Sequence record: SRR20825019_950
Length of the DNA stretch: 49,236 bases
Strand: one strand, 5' to 3'
Part shown: positions 47,647 through 49,236 of the stretch, piece by piece
Numbering within the stretch: position 1 is the first letter of the stretch
How the letters are laid out: every line of letters starts with the position of its first letter
Translations under genes and position numbers: made by a program
The notes under the pieces: generated by a model
Databases searched by the model: none
Told to the model about the DNA's origin: nothing
What the model saw: only the letters and a program-made list of their open reading frames with translations

Positions 47647-49236
47647 TTACTCGGATGCCGCAATCAGGCTGGCGTTGCCACCCGCAGCCGTGGTGTCCAC
47701 GCACAGGTGGCGCTCAATCACAAACCGCTGGTCAAGCTTGTGCTCGGTGATCAGCGGTAGCAGCGCACCTTCCCGCTTCGCCAGAGCCTGACGGTAATCC
47801 TTCAGCAAGGATGGCTCAGCGCAGCTTACGGCTGCCTGGAAACCACGCGCCTGGGACAATGCCTCTGGCTCCAACAGACCCTCAATACCCACAATCGGCA
47901 AACCAGCCTTGGCAGCACGATCAACCGTATCCCGGGTACCCGGCGCAATCACAACCACCTTGTTGCCCTGGGACAATGCCGTTGCGGCCTGCTCCAATGC
48001 GGTCTCCTTGTCCGGACCGAGACAGACCACCACACCCCGGGCATGATTGCTCAGGCGGTTCAACTCACCCGTCGGCCCCGGCAATTCCTCGGCATGGGCG
48101 TCCAGCGGTGCTGGCACATCACCGAAAACAGGCTTCATGGCTTCAACTCTTGGCTCCGGCGCGGGCGCTTTCACACCCGCCACCTTGCCAATCAGTCCTT
48201 CAAGCTTCTTGATATCCACCGTTTTGGCACTGACATCCGCAGGGCGTTCAACCGTTTCGCCTTTCAGGAAACGACGCACGTACTGCGGGCCGCCGGCCTT
48301 GGGGCCGGTGCCGGAAAGCCCTTCACCACCGAACGGCTGGGAGCCGACAATGGCACCGATCTGATTGCGGTTAACATAGGTGTTCCCCACTTTGATACGG
48401 CTGGCGATGCGTTCAACACGGCGGTCAACACGGCTGTGAACACCGAAGGTCAGTCCATAGCCCTTGGCGTTGATGCTATCGACAACTTTGTCCAGATCCT
48501 TGGCCGCAAATGTGGCCACATGCAGCACCGGGCCGAAGATTTCTTCTTCCAGCTCTTCGATGCCACTGACACTGATCACCGCAGGTGACACGAAGTTGCC
48601 TTTCTCCGGCACCGCCATTTTCTTCGTCAGACGACCCTTGGCTTCATACTTGTCACAATGGTCGACAATCTTCTTCCTGGCCGTCTCATCGATGACCGGG
48701 CCAACATCGGTGGACAGCAACCAGGGATCACCAATGCCCAATTCATCCATCGCGCCATACAGCATTTCCAGCAGATGATCGGCAATATCTTTTTGCACAT
48801 ATAGCATACGCAGTGCCGAACAGCGCTGGCCCGCGCTCTGGAAAGACGACGCCAGAACATCCCGCACCACCTGTTCAGGCAGCGCCGTGGAGTCCACGAT
48901 CATGGCATTCAGGCCACCGGTTTCCGCCACCAGGGTGGCATCGGGGGCCATGTTCTCGCTCATTTTCTTGTCGATGCGCTGGGCCGTCGCAGTCGAGCCG
49001 GTGAAGCAAACGCCGGCGACCCGAGAATCGGACGTCAACGCCCCGCCAACCGTCGCACCGGTGCCCGGCAGCAACTGGATCACATCTTCCGGAATGCCAG
49101 CCTGGTGCATCAGCTCCACAGCCCTTATCGCCAATAGCGAGGTCTGTTCGGCCGGCTTGGCCAACACAGCATTACCCGCTACCAGATTGGCAAGAATCTG
49201 GCCGGTGAAGATCGCCAGCGGGAAGTTCCAGGGCGA
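47647..49236 (-). CDS. putA: Bifunctional proline dehydrogenase / P5C dehydrogenase PutA (3' part; runs off the window)
   Basis: Frame stays open to the window edge (SPWNFPLAIFTGQ); FTGST, AETGGLNAM, SAGQRCSALR, EIFGPVLH, QPFGGEGLSGTGPKAGG, LPGPTGE.N, DTTAAGGNASL. Confidence 0.97.
   Translation of the reverse strand, partial: SPWNFPLAIFTGQILANLVAGNAVLAKPAEQTSLLAIRAVELMHQAGIPEDVIQLLPGTGATVGGALTSDSRVAGVCFTGSTATAQRIDKKMSENMAPDATLVAETGGLNAMIVDSTALPEQVVRDVLASSFQSAGQRCSALRMLYVQKDIADHLLEMLYGAMDELGIGDPWLLSTDVGPVIDETARKKIVDHCDKYEAKGRLTKKMAVPEKGNFVSPAVISVSGIEELEEEIFGPVLHVATFAAKDLDKVVDSINAKGYGLTFGVHSRVDRRVERIASRIKVGNTYVNRNQIGAIVGSQPFGGEGLSGTGPKAGGPQYVRRFLKGETVERPADVSAKTVDIKKLEGLIGKVAGVKAPAPEPRVEAMKPVFGDVPAPLDAHAEELPGPTGELNRLSNHARGVVVCLGPDKETALEQAATALSQGNKVVVIAPGTRDTVDRAAKAGLPIVGIEGLLEPEALSQARGFQAAVSCAEPSLLKDYRQALAKREGALLPLITEHKLDQRFVIERHLCVDTTAAGGNASLIAASE

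Overview
This window is gene-dense, moderately GC-rich gammaproteobacterial chromosome. Gene content and protein style suggest a Marinobacter-like marine organism (inference). I can support about 52 CDSs and see no rRNA, tRNA, CRISPR array, transposase or integrase. Ordinary genes include azlC/azlD, a sirtuin, ohr, two LysE exporters, ybiT, ppiC, an acyl-CoA synthetase, two GST/DsbA-fold enzymes, lemA-TPM-TPM, a SOS-boxed yebG, ZIP/TauE/EamA transporters, mtgA, an RsuA-family synthase, an extracellular PHB depolymerase and the 3' part of putA. The most unusual elements are: (1) a non-flagellar MotA/MotB-like motor pair with a long coiled-coil stalk, converging on a stand-alone AbiTii-like gene; (2) an Lrp-regulated two-gene astA + DUF1338 (HglS-like) unit with no other ast genes; (3) a DUF5610-like gene behind a near-consensus sigma-28 promoter; (4) a peroxidase-cyclooxygenase-family heme peroxidase behind a sigma-54-type promoter and a ~620-bp non-coding region; (5) a racemase/maleate-isomerase-fold protein lacking both catalytic cysteines, next to a D-aminoacylase-family enzyme; (6) a LysR regulator whose only visible target is a 65-aa ORF. 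Family assignments come from motif recognition by eye, not database searches. Many starts were trimmed from the ORF track using RBS and homolog-like N-termini.
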